This document shows positions 50,993-60,286 of a stretch of 64,000 bases of DNA, one piece after another. The notes below the pieces were generated by a model. It did not search any database and was not told the DNA's origin. It saw nothing but the letters and a program-made list of their open reading frames with translations. Source of the DNA: Bacteroidia bacterium (GTDB lineage Bacteria > Bacteroidota > Bacteroidia > Bacteroidales > CAJPTX01); contig CAJPTC010000013.1 of assembly GCA_905373475.1 (NCBI GenBank), positions 2,060-66,059 on the forward strand, written 5' to 3'. A program made the position numbers and the translations under genes. Each line of letters begins with the position of its first letter. Position 1 is the first letter of the stretch.

Positions 50993-52708
50993 ATGATGAG
51001 TAGATTTGGTTTGGTTGCGGCAGCATTGGCGTTGAGCATGTCTGTAGTGCTCGTAGGGTGCGACAACCCAGAAAAGATGAAGAATGTGCCTCAAGAGGCA
51101 CTACCCAAGATGGATCCGAACCCGCTCGTGCTGAAAGGCAAGACGGTAGAAGGTAAAATCAAGGGGACATTCCCTCCCAAGTACTTCAATAAGAAGGCTA
51201 AACTTGAACTTACCCCCGTTTTGAAATACGATGGTGGCGAGTTGGTACTCCCTTCAAAGATGTATCAAGGGGAGGATGTAACTGAGAACAACACGGTGAT
51301 AAATTCAGACCTCGGTGGTGTTTACTCGCACGATTTCAAGTTCGAGTATAAGCCAGAGATGATGAAGTCCGAGATGGAACTCCGTCTTACCCTTTACTAC
51401 AAGGATAAGAAAATTCCCTTTGACGCAGCATTGAAATTGGGTGTTGGAGTAAATGAAACGCAGCAGTTGGTTGACCTTCTCTCGTCGCCCACTTGGATGC
51501 CGAGTAACTACGTGCGCACGCACGACGTACAGAAGGCTGCGCAACTTATGTATGATATCCAGAAAGCAGATGTTCGCCCAGGGGCTTTAACGACCGACGA
51601 TATCAAGGCTTTGCAACAAGCTATTCAAGACATGAATGCTGACGAACGCGCTGAATTGCAAGGCTTCTCTATCAAGGCGTATGCTTCGCCAGATGGTCCT
51701 GTTGCTTTGAACAACGATCTTTCTAAGGGTCGTGGTAAGAGCGCACAGAACTGGTTGCAAGGACAGATGAAGAAGAACAAGATCGCCAAGAAAGATGCTA
51801 TCTCGATTGACGAAATGGCAACTGACTGGGATGGCTTCAAGAGTATGATGGAAAATTCCGACATAGAAGACAAGGATTTGATCTTGCGTGTGCTTTCAAT
51901 GTACTCTGACCCTGACGTACGTAATCGCGAAATGCATAACTTAGGCAAGGTCTTCCAAGTTGTGGCTGAAAAGATTCTACCTAAGCTTCGTCGTTCACAA
52001 ATGGTGGCAAACTACAAAGTTGTAGGACGCACGGATGAAGAAATTTTGAATATGGTTGCTGATGGCAAGTTGCTCGAGCTTCAAGAAAATGAGGCTTTCT
52101 ATGCTTGCGAAGTAGAGAAAGATATGGCAAAGCGCGAGAGTATGTACAAGCAGATGGCTGAGAAGTATCAGAGCATACGTGCTTACAACAATCTTGCTTG
52201 CATCTACCTCATGGAAGGTAAGTTCAACGATGCTCGCGAACAGCTCAACAAGGCGCAAGCTATCAATGACAAGGATCCACACGTATTGAACAACCTTGGA
52301 GTATTGGCGATGGTCGAGGGCAATGCTGAAGAAGCTGAAAAGTACTTTGTACGCGCTACCGAGGCAGGTCCTGCAGTACGTGCTAACCTCGGTGCATGCG
52401 CAATCCTTCGTGGCGAATATCAGGCTGCTGTAGATTATCTCACAGGCACGAACGTATTTAACCAAGGTTTGGCTCTCTTGTTGACCGACCGCAACGAGGC
52501 TGCTAAGAATGTATTCTCAGACCTCAAGACGGCGAAGTCCTACTACGGTTTGGCTATCATTGGTGCGCGTACGCAGGATGAAAAGATGCTGCTTGACAAC
52601 TTGCGCACCGCTATCCAAATGGATGCAACTTACAAAACTCGCGCAGCTAAGGATGTTGAGTTCATTAAGTTTGCGCAGAATGATGTCTTCAAAGGTCTTT
52701 TGAAGTAA
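50993..52708 (+). CDS. Lipoprotein with OmpA-like segment and C-terminal TPR repeats
   Basis: The track starts at TTG 50966; ATG 50993 gives MMSRFGLVAAALALSMSVVLVGC|DN (lipobox). The OmpA-C-like motif is IKAYASPDGPVALNNDLSKGRGKSAQNWL. The TPR-like repeats read YNNLACIYLMEGKFNDAREQLNKAQ..LNNLGVLAMVEGNAEEAEKYFVRA.. Confidence 0.6.
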   Translation: MMSRFGLVAAALALSMSVVLVGCDNPEKMKNVPQEALPKMDPNPLVLKGKTVEGKIKGTFPPKYFNKKAKLELTPVLKYDGGELVLPSKMYQGEDVTENNTVINSDLGGVYSHDFKFEYKPEMMKSEMELRLTLYYKDKKIPFDAALKLGVGVNETQQLVDLLSSPTWMPSNYVRTHDVQKAAQLMYDIQKADVRPGALTTDDIKALQQAIQDMNADERAELQGFSIKAYASPDGPVALNNDLSKGRGKSAQNWLQGQMKKNKIAKKDAISIDEMATDWDGFKSMMENSDIEDKDLILRVLSMYSDPDVRNREMHNLGKVFQVVAEKILPKLRRSQMVANYKVVGRTDEEILNMVADGKLLELQENEAFYACEVEKDMAKRESMYKQMAEKYQSIRAYNNLACIYLMEGKFNDAREQLNKAQAINDKDPHVLNNLGVLAMVEGNAEEAEKYFVRATEAGPAVRANLGACAILRGEYQAAVDYLTGTNVFNQGLALLLTDRNEAAKNVFSDLKTAKSYYGLAIIGARTQDEKMLLDNLRTAIQMDATYKTRAAKDVEFIKFAQNDVFKGLLK

Positions 52709-52736
52709 CATAGCTGCCAGATAATTGATTTTGAAA

Positions 52737-52769
52737 GGGGCAGACCTTTTGGTCTTGCCTCTTTTTTTT
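52737..52769 (+). terminator. Putative intrinsic terminator
   Basis: Imperfect hairpin AGGGGCAGACC-TTTT-GGTCTTGCCTC followed by TTTTTTTT. Confidence 0.55.
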
Positions 52770-52809
52770 ACACTTACAATGAAATGACGAACCTAAATAG
52801 TAGTTTGAA

Positions 52810-53685
52810 ATGAGACAACAAGTGGCATGGGTCGTAGCTGTTATGCTTGCTTTGTTTTTCGTAGAGGGTTGTACAAGCACTACTAATCCTGAGCTAGAAA
52901 AACGGGAAGCACAGGTCGAGAAATTTATGACGTTTTACGAAACGGGCGACGAGTCGGCGAAAGACGCTATAATGGAGCAGCAGTCGTTTTATGAGGATTA
53001 TCCTTCATGTGAGGTAGCAGGCTTTTGTTCAGAATTGGTAGGACAGTGCAAGGTGGAAGTGCTGCGTATTATTGGAGATGATAAGGCGGTCTTTGCGCAA
53101 ACGCTTCTTAGAGGAAGAGAGGCGAACTATGTATCGTACGATCTTTTTGTCTTTGCAGAGGGAGGTGTTTTGCAGCACTGGTACTGTATGGAACGCCTTA
53201 CTCCCACAGATCCTGAAGGCAAATTCGCTCTGGGTGGAGATACTCAGGTAAAAGACCTTGATAAAACTGAGGCAAATAAGGCGCTCGTCAGCGAGTTTGC
53301 ACAATTGCTGTACGAAGATTTCAAACATAGCACTCTCGGACGTTTTTTCGATAATGGGAAACTAATACGCCATCAATACCCGCCTGAAAATAATTTTGAG
53401 GCTTATATGGCAGAGCAGCTTATTCCCTACAATCCGACAGACTCGCCAGAGGAAGTCCCTGCGGGACTCAAAGTAAAAGTTTTACAAGTCATAGGCGAGG
53501 GAAATTTTGTAATGGTAGCGCATACGATATCGTATCTATTCTCCAATCCGTATGAGACACTCGGGCTCGAACTGTTTCGAGTAGAAAATGGGAAAATTGT
53601 TGAGGTTTGGAGTACGCAGCAAGAATTAGCTTCTGAAGAAGGGGATTATGAAGAAGACTATGAGGAAGAGATGGAGGAATATTAG
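52810..53685 (+). CDS. Lipoprotein with two tandem NTF2/SnoaL-like halves and a poly-acidic tail
   Basis: Lipobox LFFVEGC|TS. There is an internal duplication: KVEVLRIIGDDKAVFAQ..DLFVFAEGGVLQHW versus KVKVLQVIGEGNFVMVA..ELFRVENGKIVEVW. The C-terminus is EEGDYEEDYEEEMEEY. Confidence 0.6.
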   Translation: MRQQVAWVVAVMLALFFVEGCTSTTNPELEKREAQVEKFMTFYETGDESAKDAIMEQQSFYEDYPSCEVAGFCSELVGQCKVEVLRIIGDDKAVFAQTLLRGREANYVSYDLFVFAEGGVLQHWYCMERLTPTDPEGKFALGGDTQVKDLDKTEANKALVSEFAQLLYEDFKHSTLGRFFDNGKLIRHQYPPENNFEAYMAEQLIPYNPTDSPEEVPAGLKVKVLQVIGEGNFVMVAHTISYLFSNPYETLGLELFRVENGKIVEVWSTQQELASEEGDYEEDYEEEMEEY

Positions 53686-53714
53686 GCATTTGTGCTTCTC
53701 TTCTTAACGCTATT

Positions 53715-53746
53715 CTAGCCGTTGCAGCAATGTGGCGGCTAGTTTT
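53715..53746 (+). terminator. Putative intrinsic terminator
   Basis: CTAGCCG-loop-CGGCTAG hairpin followed by TTTT. Confidence 0.45.
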
Positions 53747-53876
53747 GTTCCCTGCTATGTGTGCTAGCGTTTTTAAGTCTTATTCCTGTGGGGAAACGTG
53801 GGCATATTGATTACTCCTACAAAATAATACCCTAGCTTTGTATAAAGAATAATTATCGAACGTACTACGGTTAATC

Positions 53877-55931
53877 ATGGTAACAAAAGAACTTATTGCA
53901 CCGCAGAGTATCGTGGTTGTAGGTGCCTCAGATGACGTTTACAAGCCAGGGGGACGTGTGCTAGAGAACCTAATTCAGTACAAATATGCGGGGAAACTTT
54001 ACGCGGTTAATCCAAAAGCGGAGACAGTGCAGGGAATTAAGGCGCATAAAGCCGTGGAAGACCTACCACAGGTAGATTTAGCTATCATTGCGGTGGCTGC
54101 AAAATTCTGTCCTCATATAGTAGAAGTACTTGCTAAGCAGAAGGGTACAAAGGCTTTTATCATACTCTCAGCGGGATTCCACGAAGAGAATGAAGAGGGG
54201 GCAAAACTAGAGCGACAGGTGGTTGATATCATCAACAGTGTCAATGGGTCGTTGATTGGTCCGAATTGCATCGGGATGATGAACTCGAACTATACGGGAG
54301 TATTTAGTCGTCCTATCCCCAAATTTGACCCTAAGGGAGTTGATTTTATCACAGGATCGGGAGCAACGGCAGTATTTATTCTCGAACTCGGGATGCAGCA
54401 AGGACTACAGTTTTCGTCGGTCTTCTCGGTAGGGAATAGTGCACAGCTCGGAGTAGAAGAAATACTCGAATATCTCGACGAATCATTTGATCCTAAGAGT
54501 AGTTCGCGCGTAAAGCTTCTTTACGTGGAAAGCATTAGCAAGCCTGAAAAGTTGCTGAAACACGCTCGTTCGCTCATAAGCAAAGGGTGCAAAATAGCTG
54601 CTATTAAAGCAGGCTCGTCTGAAGCAGGTAGTCGTGCTGCGAGTTCGCATACAGGCGCAATGGCAAGTAGCGACGTGGCAGTAGACGCGCTTTTCCGTAA
54701 AGCGGGGATTGTACGTTGCCGCGGTCGCCAAGAGCTACTAACGTGCGCAAGTATCTTTACGCTGCCCGAACTTACTGGTAAACGTATCGCAATTATTACA
54801 CACGCGGGTGGACCAGCAGTGATGCTTACCGATTCGCTCTCCAATGGTAAAATGGAAGTGCCACATATTAGTGGTCCTAAGGCTGAGGAACTGCTTACCA
54901 AGCTCTTCCCAGGTTCGTCTGTGGCAAACCCGATAGACTTCCTTGCTACGGGTACTGCCGAGCAACTCGGTTACATCATAGATGCATGCGAAAAGGATTT
55001 TGATGTGGATGGCATGGCGGTAATTTTCGGAAGCCCAGGTTTGTTCCCTGTTTATGATGTCTATGACCTCCTCTCTGAGCGCATGCGCAGTTGCAAGAAG
55101 CCTATTTACCCGATTCTGCCTTCTGTGGTCAACGTAGCTGACGAGATCTCTAAGTTTGTTGCAAAGGGGAATGTATACTTCCCCGAGGAAGTGGTATTTG
55201 GCGACGCTCTCTGTCGCATCATGCAAACGCCCGCTCCGCAACCAGAAGACGCCAAATTCCCCTCAATAGACACAAAGAAGATACGTGAGATAGTGGATAG
55301 TGCAAAAGAGGGTTATTTGACCCCTGAAAACGTACAAGCGCTTTTAGATGCGGCAGGCATAGTTCGTGCAGGCGAAGCTGTTGTGTCTGACGAGGCTGAG
55401 GCTGTTAAGGCAGCAGAGAAGTTAGGCTATCCTGTAGTAATGAAGGTGGTAGGACCTGTACACAAGTCGGATGTAGGTGGTGTGAAACTCAATGTGCGAG
55501 ATGCCGAGACGGTGCGAGCAGAGTTTGAGCGCATGATGAAGATAAAGGACACTACGGCAATACTCTTACAACCCATGTTGAGCGGTTCAGAACTCTTTGT
55601 GGGTGGTAAGCGCGACGAGCGTTTCGGAGCAATGGTGTTGTGTGGTATGGGGGGCATCTTCATTGAGGTGTTGAAGGACGTTCAGGCAGGATTAGCGCCT
55701 ATTGCAGTGCCCGAGGCGATGGATATGATAGCGCGCCTACGAAGTGTGAAGATTTTGGACGGTGTGCGCGGACAAGCGCCAATTCCTCGTGAGAAGTTCG
55801 CAGAAGTCGTTACACGTGTCTCGCTGTTAATGGATGCGGCGCCTGAGATCTTTGAAATGGATTTAAATCCGTTGCTCGGCACAGAAAAAGGGGTTGTTGC
55901 GGTAGATGCTCGTATACGCATTGTCCGTTAG
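53877..55931 (+). CDS. ADP-forming acetyl/acyl-CoA synthetase (fused alpha/beta, NDP-forming family)
   Basis: N-terminal CoA-binding domain (PQSIVVVGASDDVYKPGGRVLENL). The ligase-CoA domain carries the phospho-His region ASSHTGAMASS. The C-terminal ATP-grasp region reads GYPVVMKVVGPVHKSDVGGVKLNV.. Confidence 0.85.
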   Translation: MVTKELIAPQSIVVVGASDDVYKPGGRVLENLIQYKYAGKLYAVNPKAETVQGIKAHKAVEDLPQVDLAIIAVAAKFCPHIVEVLAKQKGTKAFIILSAGFHEENEEGAKLERQVVDIINSVNGSLIGPNCIGMMNSNYTGVFSRPIPKFDPKGVDFITGSGATAVFILELGMQQGLQFSSVFSVGNSAQLGVEEILEYLDESFDPKSSSRVKLLYVESISKPEKLLKHARSLISKGCKIAAIKAGSSEAGSRAASSHTGAMASSDVAVDALFRKAGIVRCRGRQELLTCASIFTLPELTGKRIAIITHAGGPAVMLTDSLSNGKMEVPHISGPKAEELLTKLFPGSSVANPIDFLATGTAEQLGYIIDACEKDFDVDGMAVIFGSPGLFPVYDVYDLLSERMRSCKKPIYPILPSVVNVADEISKFVAKGNVYFPEEVVFGDALCRIMQTPAPQPEDAKFPSIDTKKIREIVDSAKEGYLTPENVQALLDAAGIVRAGEAVVSDEAEAVKAAEKLGYPVVMKVVGPVHKSDVGGVKLNVRDAETVRAEFERMMKIKDTTAILLQPMLSGSELFVGGKRDERFGAMVLCGMGGIFIEVLKDVQAGLAPIAVPEAMDMIARLRSVKILDGVRGQAPIPREKFAEVVTRVSLLMDAAPEIFEMDLNPLLGTEKGVVAVDARIRIVR

Positions 55932-55934
55932 CCG

Positions 55935-56078
55935 ATGGAAGGAAAGACCAAACGCAAAATTACGCGTCATGAGTGGCTACTTATCGCTATGGTTTTGGTA
56001 GGAGTACTTTTGGTGTTGATGCGATGGGAGGCTATAAGTAAGGCGGTAGTGGCAGCTTTCAGCGCCTATTTTGAGTAG
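55935..56078 (+). CDS. Candidate small membrane protein (47 aa), below the ORF-track size cutoff
   Basis: The ATG lies 3 nt after the acyl-CoA synthetase stop. The product is MEGKTKRKITRHEWLLIAMVLVGVLLVLMRWEAISKAVVAAFSAYFE: a basic N-terminus, one clear TM helix and a short tail. It is followed by the terminator hairpin at 56105-56138. Confidence 0.45.
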   Translation: MEGKTKRKITRHEWLLIAMVLVGVLLVLMRWEAISKAVVAAFSAYFE

Positions 56079-56104
56079 GGCGTAATCTTTAAGAACGATC
56101 GTAA

Positions 56105-56138
56105 GCGGGTGTTGTCGTAAATAGGCAATGCCCGTTTT
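56105..56138 (+). terminator. Putative intrinsic terminator
   Basis: CGGGTGTTG-loop-CAATGCCCG (9 bp including 2 G-U pairs) followed by TTTTT. Confidence 0.55.
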
Positions 56139-56388
56139 TCTTTGCTCAAGGTTACACTAGTAGAATCGTATATCGCCTTTGCCTGTTTGTCGCAACTTTT
56201 CAAATCTCCAAGCGTTGTTATTTAGTTAGTGTGTCATTATGCAAACGGTTGTATTGCCTGAAAGCCTCGCGCGGACGGCGTTTTACAGCGCAATGCGCGT
56301 ATGAAAAAGCATTTACGGATTCTGAATACGCCCGAAAGGGGGCAAATTTCTATCTTGGCACATTGCCATAACAAGCACGGATGTTTTC

Positions 56389-57486
56389 ATGCACTTACAG
56401 GGGTTGCAAGCATTTAATTTCAAGAGCTACGAGTTCCTTTCGGCTGAGTTTCATCCCCGTATCAACATCCTAGTTGGCGATAACGGTCAGGGCAAGACGA
56501 ATGTCTTGGATATGATTTACTACCTCAGCCTCTGTAAATCACCGCAACGTTTTCCTGACTCGGCAGCCATACGTCATGAGGCAACCAATGCCACGCTTCG
56601 CGCCTCTTATGCCGATGCTTCACAGCTGTTTACGGTGGCTCTGTCGCTTAGGCGGAATGCACCCAAAGAGGTGCTGCTTAACGATACTGCCTACTCGCGT
56701 ATTGCCGATCACATAGGGCGTGTGCCCATAGTTGCCATTTACCCACAAGATGTGGATCTGACTGCCGACGGAGGTGATCTCAAGCGTCGCTTCATGAATG
56801 CCACCATTTCGCAGTACGAGAAGGAATATCTGACCTCTTTGCAGCTATACGATTTGGCGCTGTCGCAACGAAATGCCTTATTGAAAACACAAGGATACCT
56901 AGACCCCGTATTTCTCGAAACACTTGAGAACCAGTTAGTGGAGACGGCGACACCTATCTATCGTGAACGCAAGTTGCTTTGCGAAAGGCTACTACCCTTA
57001 TTCCAACAATACTACGCCCTAATTGCGCAGAACGAAGAGAAGCCCGATTTGCAATATCGCTCCCAACTCAGTTCAGGCGATTACCATGAACTACTCCTAG
57101 CAGCACGTGCTACCGACAGGAGCTTAGGACATACAAGCATCGGGGTGCATCGCGACGGAATAGAGTTCTTTTTAGATGGTTACCCCCTCAGGCGAGAAGG
57201 GTCGCAAGGGCAGCAGAAAACATTTGTGGTAGCGCTACGTCTCGCACAGTATAGTTATATCGCAGAGATCTTGCGCGAGAAACCCATTTTGTTGCTAGAC
57301 GACATCTTCGACCGATTCGACAATCGACGTATCCAACAAATGCTTAAACTGTTTGCAACGTCCGAGTTTGGGCAGGTCTTCATAACAGATACTTCCACAG
57401 CTCATATCGCATCTGAGGATCTAGCGCCCGATTTGGCGCTTTTCTCAGTAGCGAACAATACTCTTACCCCCATTGAGCATGTTTGA
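56389..57486 (+). CDS. recF: DNA replication and repair protein RecF
   Basis: N-terminal Walker A motif LVGDNGQGKTNVLD, SMC-like signature region GSQGQQKTFVVALRLAQ and Walker B motif ILLLDDIFDRFD. Confidence 0.9.
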   Translation: MHLQGLQAFNFKSYEFLSAEFHPRINILVGDNGQGKTNVLDMIYYLSLCKSPQRFPDSAAIRHEATNATLRASYADASQLFTVALSLRRNAPKEVLLNDTAYSRIADHIGRVPIVAIYPQDVDLTADGGDLKRRFMNATISQYEKEYLTSLQLYDLALSQRNALLKTQGYLDPVFLETLENQLVETATPIYRERKLLCERLLPLFQQYYALIAQNEEKPDLQYRSQLSSGDYHELLLAARATDRSLGHTSIGVHRDGIEFFLDGYPLRREGSQGQQKTFVVALRLAQYSYIAEILREKPILLLDDIFDRFDNRRIQQMLKLFATSEFGQVFITDTSTAHIASEDLAPDLALFSVANNTLTPIEHV

Positions 57487-57799
57487 CGAAGACCAAGAGC
57501 TTTACCTCTCCTACAATGCGCCCAAATCGTTGGGAGATGCCATAGCATCTATGTTGCGTTCTAATCCCGAATTTGCCGAAGCTTTTACTTTGGCAGTTGC
57601 TAAGGATTTGTGGCTAAAATCTAACACAGCGCCCATTGTAAACGCTACGGGGGAGGTCTCATTCCGCAGTGGAGTTCTTTTCATACAAATTTTTAACCCC
57701 TCGTTGCGCGCCAATCTGAATGCTATGCGCCAGAAGATTTGCAACCAACTTAATGAGCGAATGGAGCTGGTAAAACTACGAGAAGTGAAATTTGTCTGA
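57479..57799 (+). CDS. DUF721-family protein (RecF-associated)
   Basis: The track starts at TTG 57473. The ATG at 57479 overlaps the recF stop within ATGTTTGA. A ~106-aa protein in the conserved position directly after recF is typical of DUF721. Confidence 0.7.
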   Translation: MFDEDQELYLSYNAPKSLGDAIASMLRSNPEFAEAFTLAVAKDLWLKSNTAPIVNATGEVSFRSGVLFIQIFNPSLRANLNAMRQKICNQLNERMELVKLREVKFV

Positions 57800-57801
57800 C
57801 C

Positions 57802-58884
57802 ATGTCTATGCAGAACCGTGTCTCCGAGGTGGTAAATCCTTTTTCTTTAGCGCGTCTCAACCAGCTGCTTCAGGGCATAAAGCGTATCGCAATCTGTTGT
57901 CATGCTCGCCCCGACGGCGACGCAATAGGTTCGTCGTTAGGTTTAGGCAACTTGCTCACTACCTTGGGGTATGAGGTGCTATGTGTTGCTCCGAACCGAG
58001 CGCCTGCCCATATTGCTTGGCCAGAGGGGGCTAAAGATTTGTTGTATAATTTTGAAGAGGAAGGTGTCGATGTGAAGCCTTTTCTCGCCTCTTGCGACCT
58101 CCTCTTCTGTTTGGATTTCAATGCCCTTTCTCGTCTAGATGAACCGATGATGCTCTTTGTGGAGTCACTCGCTGTGCCACGAGTTATGATAGACCATCAC
58201 CCGCATCCCGCTTCGCAATTTGACCTCTATTTCTCCATGCCCGAATCGAGCTCTACGTGCGAACTGCTAACCGAGCTCCTTTTAGCCAACTGGGGGCAAG
58301 TTGCCATCTCGCAGAAGGTTGCAATCCCCCTTTACATGGGGCTGATGACCGATACGGGGTCGTTTAGCTATTCGTGCTCTCGCAAACGGACGTTTGAGAT
58401 TGCAGGGATTCTTGTGGAGCAGGGCGTAGATGTCCCCGAAGTGCAAGCTAAGGTGTACAACAGTCGTACGTTGGATAGCCTCATGCTTCAGTCGGCGCTG
58501 ATTTTACAATATACCACGTTTTTTGCAGGGAAGGCGGGTAAGGAGAAGGCGGCGATAGTGCAACTCTCGCAACCCGTACAAGAGCAATATCAATACCAGC
58601 CAGGTGATGCAGAGGGATTGGCAAATCTGCCACTATGTGTTGGCTCGGTGCAGGTGTCGGTACTACTTACCGAGCGTTCCAACGGAACTGTAAGAGTGTC
58701 TGCGCGCAGTACAAAGCGTTATACGATCAATAAACTTCTTGCGCAGTTCTTCAATGGTGGAGGACATCCGCAAGCTTCGGGTGGAACGCTCCGTATGCCA
58801 CTTCACGAGGCGTATGAATACACGCGTAGAGTTCTTTCGCAATTTTTAGAGAAAGCAACGCAACGGGAAGAAGAGGTGTTATAG
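57802..58884 (+). CDS. nrnA: DHH/DHHA1 phosphoesterase (NrnA-like oligoribonuclease/pAp phosphatase)
   Basis: Motifs HARPDGDAIGS, MIDHHPH and the DHHA1 motif GGGHPQASGG. It starts 2 nt after the DUF721 stop. Confidence 0.8.
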   Translation: MSMQNRVSEVVNPFSLARLNQLLQGIKRIAICCHARPDGDAIGSSLGLGNLLTTLGYEVLCVAPNRAPAHIAWPEGAKDLLYNFEEEGVDVKPFLASCDLLFCLDFNALSRLDEPMMLFVESLAVPRVMIDHHPHPASQFDLYFSMPESSSTCELLTELLLANWGQVAISQKVAIPLYMGLMTDTGSFSYSCSRKRTFEIAGILVEQGVDVPEVQAKVYNSRTLDSLMLQSALILQYTTFFAGKAGKEKAAIVQLSQPVQEQYQYQPGDAEGLANLPLCVGSVQVSVLLTERSNGTVRVSARSTKRYTINKLLAQFFNGGGHPQASGGTLRMPLHEAYEYTRRVLSQFLEKATQREEEVL

Positions 58885-60033
58885 GTTCAGCGTTTTCCAC
58901 GCGTGCACGTGCCCTTCGGTCGTTGTAAGATCCATTTCTCCGTCGTAGATAACATGGCACTGTTCTGGGGTAGCCCCAGAGAGTTTTGCCCATTTCGATA
59001 GGTTTCTGAAAAAATCGGAAGAATAGGTTGCGCTCGACTTGATCTCATAAACCTCGGTCTCCTCTCCGCAATAGCGCATAAGGTCTATTTCTAACCCCGT
59101 TTTATCGCGCCAGAAGCTTAGTATGGGCTCTTGTCCACGGTGTAACGACGTCTTTACAAATTCATTGATTACCAGATTTTCAAATAGCGCACCCCTTAGA
59201 TAGTGTGTATTTACCTGCATAGCAGAGCGGATACCGAGGAGGGCGCATGCGAGCCCCGTATCGTAAAAATAGAGTTTTGGTGTTTTGATGAGGCGTTTTG
59301 TATAATTTCTATGATCGGGGCGCAGGGTGTAGCAGATATAGCTTGTTTCAAGAATGCTGAGCCATGCAGAGGCGGTCGAGACCGAGATACTACAATCATT
59401 CGCAAGAGACGAGAGGTTGAGAAGTTGTCCTATACGCCCAGCGCAGAGTTGCGTAAAACGGAGAAAATCGGTCATATTTCCGATGTTCTTGAGTGTACGG
59501 ACATCTCTTTCCAAGTAAGTCTGTATGTAGGGCGGATAATAGTCAGTAGGTGCGATTGATTTGTCGAAAATGCGCGGATAACCTCCATAGAAGATCTCTT
59601 CATCGGTAGTTTTAGGGAGGATAGATGCTCTTCGCATCTCACTATGAGAAAAAGGGAGAAGCTTCAGAATAGCAGTTCTACCTGCCAAAGACTGCGAGAT
59701 ATTTTCCATTAAAAGAAAGTTATGCGAACCTGCCAGACAGTACATCCCCTTGCCCCCCGCAAGATCCGTGTGTGTCTGCAAGTAGGAAAAGAGAGCGGGT
59801 ACGCGTTGTGCCTCGTCAATGATGGTTTTGTCGGCGTAGGTTCGAATAAACGAACGGGGATCGTCGCGAGCAAAAGCCATTAGGTCTGGATCTTCTAGCG
59901 ACACGTAGTGGTAGTCTGTTAAAATATTCTTCAACAGGGTAGATTTACCCGATTGTCGCGGTCCTGTAAGGGTTACTATGGGGAATTTCTCAATGAGGAA
60001 TAGCAATCGCCCCGCAATGTCTCGTTCTATCAT
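58879..60033 (-). CDS. AAA-family ATPase with DUF4143 C-terminal domain
   Basis: Walker A motif LTGPRQSGKSTLLKN, Walker B-like motif TIIDEAQ, and a C-terminal region typical of AAA_14/DUF4143 proteins. Its stop codon abuts the nrnA stop (TTATAG). Confidence 0.8.
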   Translation of the reverse strand: MIERDIAGRLLFLIEKFPIVTLTGPRQSGKSTLLKNILTDYHYVSLEDPDLMAFARDDPRSFIRTYADKTIIDEAQRVPALFSYLQTHTDLAGGKGMYCLAGSHNFLLMENISQSLAGRTAILKLLPFSHSEMRRASILPKTTDEEIFYGGYPRIFDKSIAPTDYYPPYIQTYLERDVRTLKNIGNMTDFLRFTQLCAGRIGQLLNLSSLANDCSISVSTASAWLSILETSYICYTLRPDHRNYTKRLIKTPKLYFYDTGLACALLGIRSAMQVNTHYLRGALFENLVINEFVKTSLHRGQEPILSFWRDKTGLEIDLMRYCGEETEVYEIKSSATYSSDFFRNLSKWAKLSGATPEQCHVIYDGEMDLTTTEGHVHAWKTLNL

Positions 60034-60050
60034 TCTGCTTGGAATTCAGT

Positions 60051-60058
60051 CAAATATA
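60051..60058 (-). promoter_or_regulatory. Candidate -7 promoter box (TAnnTTTG) for the ATPase gene
   Basis: The minus strand reads TATATTTG, 18 nt upstream of ATG 60033. Confidence 0.45.
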
Positions 60059-60074
60059 CACAAAATAGAAAATC

Positions 60075-60091
60075 TGTCCATTCTATGGACA
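60075..60091. promoter_or_regulatory. Perfect palindrome TGTCCAT-TCT-ATGGACA over the expected -33 region (candidate operator)
   Basis: 7-bp arms and a 3-nt spacer, lying 17-33 nt upstream of the -7 box. A related TGTCCA half-site lies at 60115-60120. Confidence 0.35.
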
Positions 60092-60232
60092 AATTTCCAA
60101 TCAGAAAGTAAAATTGTCCAGTTTGACAGTTTGCCGAGTCTACGCTTGTTCTCGAGGCAAGCAGAATGGTATGCGCTAATTAGCTCGCCTTTTTATCTAT
60201 TTTGCGGGTAGCTCGCACTTCAGAATTCTCCT

Positions 60233-60269
60233 CAAAAAAAATACCGCCGTGGAATTCCCGCGGCGGTAT
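60233..60269 (-). terminator. Intrinsic terminator after the DUF4374-like gene
   Basis: The minus strand reads ATACCGCCGCGGGAATTCCACGGCGGTAT followed by TTTTTTTT. The stem is 9-11 bp with an 8-U tract, starting 18 nt after the stop. Confidence 0.75.
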
Positions 60270-60286
60270 CTGTTAAACTCTGATTA

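Noticed and set aside
56229-56300. Tiny ORF (MQTVVLPESLARTAFYSAMRV) upstream of recF
   Set aside because: It is too short, has no hydrophobic or conserved pattern, and lacks promoter or terminator support.
58879-58884. Abutting stop codons of convergent nrnA and the AAA ATPase (TTATAG) with no intergenic terminator
   Set aside because: This is real but commonplace in compact bacterial genomes. Nothing else suggests a functional antisense arrangement.
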